From NCBI RefSeq assembly GCF_009914755.1, contig NC_060937.1: DNA of 64,000 bases; one strand, written 5' to 3'. A model generated the notes under the pieces. The model saw nothing but the letters and a program-made list of their open reading frames with translations, had not been told where the DNA came from and did no database searches. Positions 58,836 to 64,000 of the stretch are shown here, piece by piece. The position numbers and the translations under genes were made by a program. The DNA comes from the human T2T-CHM13v2.0 reference genome, Homo sapiens. How positions within the stretch are numbered: the stretch's first letter is position 1; every line of letters begins with the position of its first letter.

Positions 58836-59643
58836 TGAGTTTTGAGAACCCCTTTATGTAGAGAACACCCTATTTCCTTGCAGTGGCCAAGGCGGCCGCA
58901 AAGGTTGGGAGGTGGGGGTGAGAATGGAAGTGGTGGATTGTAGGCTAAGTGAGACTTCCACGCAGACCTTCCTGTCCTGTGTGTTCCCCCTGTAGCGGCT
59001 CCCTGAAATGACCTCTGATGCTTCCCAGGGAAGAGGCTTAGTTGAAAGCCTTGAATGATAATGCCTGCAAATGATCATTTCCCTTCCTTTCCCTCTCCTT
59101 CCCACCTCCCTTCCCCTTTTCCTTAAGGTGAACGTGTCAGCTTATTTTTCAATTTTATTAGAGCATGCAACACCTAGGTTGAACAGGCAAGAGTGTTAAG
59201 AGTGAGAAAACAATTAACTACAGCAAATAGAATGCAGAAGTTTTCTCCTTTTTGTGTTTAATTCCACCCGAGTTGGCCACTGAAAACCTGCTGACTCACT
59301 CTCATTTTACTTTCTTTTCTGTAATTGCTTAAAAAGTGTACTCCAAAACTAACTGTCACCCAATTCACTTAGTCAATGTTGTGGGAATGTCAACTATCGT
59401 ATTCCATGAGGAAATTCTATCTCTGATGCCATCTTTGGGGGGCAGGTGTTATAATTTGTTTATACAAAGGTCAATGTCAGGCTCCGTGACTTCTCTATTT
59501 TCCATGACTATAAGATAGCACACTCTTTTCTTTGCATGAGGGTGTGTTAGTGTGTTCTCATATAAGAAAGAAATAATTGGATCTAGTGTTTTCTTTTCTC
59601 AATCTTTTATTTTATCTTTGGTTAACATGTTCTTATCAAAGTC

Positions 59644-60130
59644 ATGATACAGAGTACCAATTGCCAATCCAGTACTCCTTATCTTCCACCTTACTAATAG
59701 AATGCCAATTTTTAGCTGGCCATAGGGCCACTTGGAATAAAGATAACAATTCCAAGGCTGCTCAGGGCTGTTGTACCTAACCATTTAGACCTGTGAGGGT
59801 AGATGTGTTGTGAGAGACTTGAAGAAGGCCCTTTAAAAGACACTTAGAAACAAACTCATTTTGACTTCTATTCTTTTTGCTCTCTGGAATGTGGGTGAGA
59901 TGGTTGAAACTCCAGCATCCACCCTAGAACATGTGGTTATCTTGAGTATGGAAACAACACACCAAAAATGGCAGAGGAGAAAGATAGAGGAGTCTGGGCA
60001 TCTAGTGACTTCATGGAGCTGCCACACCAATCCTGGACTTCCTAACCCTTGTCTTCTTTTCTGTAAGAAAATGACCATTTGAGTGTTTGAGCCACTGTTA
60101 TTTTGAGATTATTTCCATTTCTAACTGATG
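59644..60130 (+). mobile_element. MLT1 (MaLR) LTR
   Basis: ccttactaatagaatgcc...ggagctgccacacc...tttgagccactgttattttg. Confidence 0.7.
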
Positions 60131-60189
60131 TAAGACCATTTTTAAAAGAAAAATGATTATAATTTTGGGGGAGGGGCCATGTGTAGTAT

Positions 60190-60815
60190 GCTAAACTTGG
60201 TTGGTTATAAATAACCATATAAGCCCCACAATAGCCCTATATAACGATGAATATAACCACCACTTCAAAATTATAGACAGTAAGGCTTGGAAAGACATGT
60301 TTGAGGATTTACTCAGTCCATGCAGCTAGTTAAAAACAAAGACACAATTTAAACTCAAATCTGTATATTTAGATTCTGGATCCTATTATTTTCTCTTTTT
60401 ACTATTCTTGCTTCTTGTGGCAGTTTGTTCATATCACAACAAACTCTCTTCGATTCAGATCCTACCTCTGACTTTTCTGACCTTTGTTCATTTAACTCTA
60501 AGCCTCAGTATCCCCATCTGGAAAACAGGATTACTAGGAGTGCATATTTCTTACGATTTGGGGAGCTCAAGTATGTTAACTAATGAGAAACACTTATTAA
60601 AATAGCTTATACATATAATGCTCTCAACAAATAGTTTTATTGTGTAATTTTATTATATTTACACTGTATTAGAGTTAATAATTTCTATGCCTGTTTTACT
60701 CAATAGATTCTAAGGGTCTTGGTGGCAGGAAATATACTTTTGTCATCTCTGTGTCCTCTGTACATTTTGAACAATGCTTTGCAATTTGTAAGTGCTCTAT
60801 AAATGTTAGTTGAAT
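60190..60815. mobile_element. MIR, MIR and L2 tail cluster
   Basis: aagcctcagtatccccatctggaaaacagg; gtaagtgctctataaatgttagttgaat. Confidence 0.7.
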
Positions 60816-62714
60816 TTAACTTACTTGGGAAGCAGTCTTGTGGGACTTATTTTGCTGATAGTTTGTTTAAACTTTATTTTTATGCTCATTTAGGTATATT
60901 TCATGGTCATTTTCATGATCTATATGAATAGTTAAGTCTGAAGAATACAATTTGCCTGAGTGAAACAGAGGTCATTTATCAGTCATTTCTTTAATCTTAA
61001 GTTAATCTTCAGCTAATGAGATTTAGCCATAAAAGCATTAATTTATAAAACATTCTGAGATGCAAAAACTGTTTCATGGCCAATATTAACCCTTTTGAAA
61101 TATTTACACCAAATTCTACTTTAATGTTTATCATTGACTTATGAGAAATAAAGAAACTCTCTGTGTCATTTGTACTTAACTATAAAATACAAGATAATCT
61201 TTGTTTTGCCCATGTGAAACAGTTCCTAAACTGACAAACTTGTTCATTATACTCAAATCTCAATTGATGTTGCCAAAATGCATCAAACTAGTTCTTTCTT
61301 CAAAAGCCTATCCCATAAGTATTTCTATCATAAAATGTAAATAACTAAAAATTTGCATAAATATTTATTTTTCTCTTAGACATACTTCAATAGGACAATC
61401 TCGGGTCAGAATGTGTGATGCTGTTAAAAGAAAACTTAAAAGTAAAATGCAGTTCAGTGTCCCTGGGGATCTCACATTTTAGGGCAGAATTCTCCAGAAT
61501 TATCTTCTGTTATTTGTTAAAGTAACATGTGAACTTTGGAAGAGATGGCATCTTTCAGCCAAGGAAATATCAATGCTAAGAGCATGAACTTGAATTTAAA
61601 CCAATTAAAACAAAATTATATTTATTTGGCAAGATAAAGGTATTTCTGATAAGTAAACAAACAAAATGTTACTTTATCTCATTCTTTACAACTAACAGAG
61701 GATTTGATTGTAGCTATTTGATAATCAACAACGCGACTTTCCCACATGATGCATTTTGTACACTGCCAGAAGCAAAATGGAAGATTTGGCTCTAGCCCTT
61801 CACCGGAGATGGTAGACTCCTATGTGATCAGTTTACAAACTTTGCTTCTGGCATACTCCTAAATTAAAGAGTTGGTTATGGAGACTCTACAATCAGATTT
61901 TACCATGACTGAGACAGTATTTTGAAAACAATTATTTGATGCTTCTGTTCTTGTCTCCCACAAGTTATCTTCCTGGGAAGCCATTATACTATATATCTAG
62001 GGAAACAGTGTGAATAGATGCTTCCAAGGGAAGGAGATGCCAGAACATGAGCAGTGAGCAAGACAACCAGCGACACTCTAACTGCAGAGGCCAGAGAACC
62101 TCTGTGGGCAGCACCGGTCCCCACTGCGAATCCACAGAGAACTTCTGGACTTTCCTTCACCCAGATGAGGTTTTAATCAGCTTCTGAAACAATTCCTTTG
62201 CAGGGAAGGAAGGGTGGTAGGAGAAAAGGTAGAGAACAGAAAAATAAAATCTGTCTTTATAACATACTTTGGCTAAATAATTTTAAGGACATCTCCTTTT
62301 AAATCAACAAAATCTTCATACTTCAGGCCAAGAAATTTATAAAATAATTTTCATATGTTCCTTAGGCATATTTTTCCTGTCTGGAAATTCAACTTAGGTA
62401 CTTTTATATCTTCCTTGTTTCTTCTTAACGTAATGTGTAAGTCTATATGTAAGTACTATATACACATATAAGTTCTAAATGTATGCTCATAGAAATACAA
62501 ATACTGTATGTAAGTATATATAATACTATGTATAACTGCTATACTTATTATAAGTACTACTTAAATATAGTTTCCTTACCCCATTTTTAACAGTCATTGA
62601 TTAACCAATTGAAGATTATCCTATAGTTTATTTTTTTCATTACCTTCAATGTAATGATGCCATTCTAGTTTTATAAAACCAGGTGACAATATTACATTCT
62701 CTAAAATTTCTTTA

Positions 62715-64000
62715 GACAAATACTGAATGGGGACAAATACTGAATGGGGAAAAACTGAAAGCTTTTCCTCTAAGATCTGGAACACTACAAGGATGCCCAC
62801 TGTCACCACTGTTATTCAACATAGTATTGGAAGTCCTAGCTAGAGCAATCAGACAAGAGGAGAAATAAAGGACATCTAAATTGGAAAGAAAGAAGTTAAA
62901 TTATCCTTGTTTGCAGATGACATGATTTTATAATTGGAAAAACCTAAACACTCCACCAAAAAAACTACTAGAACTGATAAAACAAATTCAGTAAAGTTGC
63001 AGGATACAAAAATCAACATACAAAAATCAGTAGCATTTCTATATGCTAAGAGTGAACAATCTAAAAAAGAAATAAAAAAAGTAATTCCATTTAAAATAGC
63101 TACAAATAAAATAAAATAAAATACCTTGAAATTAACCAAAGAAATGAAATATCTCTACAATGAAAACTATAAAACATTGATGAAAACAACTGAAGAGGAC
63201 ACACAAAAATCGGAAAGACATTCTATGTTCATGAATTGGAAGAATCAATCTACAGATTTAATTTAATTCTGACCAAAATACCAATGACATACTTCACAGA
63301 AATAGAAAAAAGTCCCAAAATTTACATAGAATCACACAAGACCCAGAGTAGTCAAAGATGTCCTAAACAAAAAGAATAAAACTGGAGGAATCATATTACC
63401 TGTCTTCAAATTATACTAGAGAGTTATAGTATACTGGCATGGTACTGGCATAAAAACAGACACATAGACCAGTGGAATAGAATAGAGGACCCAGAAATAA
63501 GTCCATACATCTGTAATAAACTCACTTTTGATAAGGGTGCCAAGAACATACACTGGGGAAAGGGTGGTCTCTTCAAAATATTGTGGTGGGAAAATTGGAT
63601 ATTTATATGCAGAAGAAAGAAACTAGACCCCTATCTCTCACCCTACACACAAACCAAATCAAAATGGATTCAAGACTTAAATCTATGACCTAAACCTATG
63701 AAACTACTACAAGGAAACATTGGGGAAACTCTCCAGGACATTGGACTAGGCAAAGATTTCTTAAGTAGTATCCTACAAGCACAGGTGAGCAAATAAAAAA
63801 TGGACAAATGGGATCACATCAAGCTAAAAAGTTCTGCACAGCAAAGGAAACAATCAACAAAGTGAAGAGAAGACCTACAGAAGAAGATAAAATATTTGCA
63901 AAGTATCTATCTGACAAGGGTTTAGTAACCAGAATATATAAGGAGCTCCAACAATTTTATATGAAAAAAATCTAATAACCTAGTTTAAAAATGAGCAAAA
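62715..64000 (+). mobile_element. 5'-truncated L1 (L1PB/L1MA) ORF2, runs off window end
   Basis: aatggggaaaaactgaaagcttttcctctaagatctggaac...ttgtttgcagatgacatg (LFADD); 17-bp tandem duplication gacaaatactgaatggg at the 5' junction. Confidence 0.93.

Overview
Primate (probably human or hominoid) non-coding, AT-rich DNA dominated by transposable elements. No host protein-coding gene, rRNA, tRNA or CRISPR array is supportable. The recognisable ORFs are L1 ORF1/ORF2 remnants, a disrupted HERV-K(HML-8) env, or Alu/LTR artefacts. The window holds Alu/FAM SINEs, MIR and L2 fossils, several L1s (one 5'-inverted, several nested), and a 14-kb cluster (26-40 kb) with LTRs from about seven ERV lineages. 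The most unusual signal is a 243-bp ERV9/LTR12 U5 piece at 28258-28500. It begins at the CCA expected from the tRNA primer and has no CC or TCA left on the cDNA strand while keeping CpGs, which suggests a captured, APOBEC3-edited abortive minus-strand cDNA. Two other tailless retroelement patches lie nearby. Family and subfamily names come from my recall of consensus sequences, not from a database search; boundaries of old repeats are approximate.
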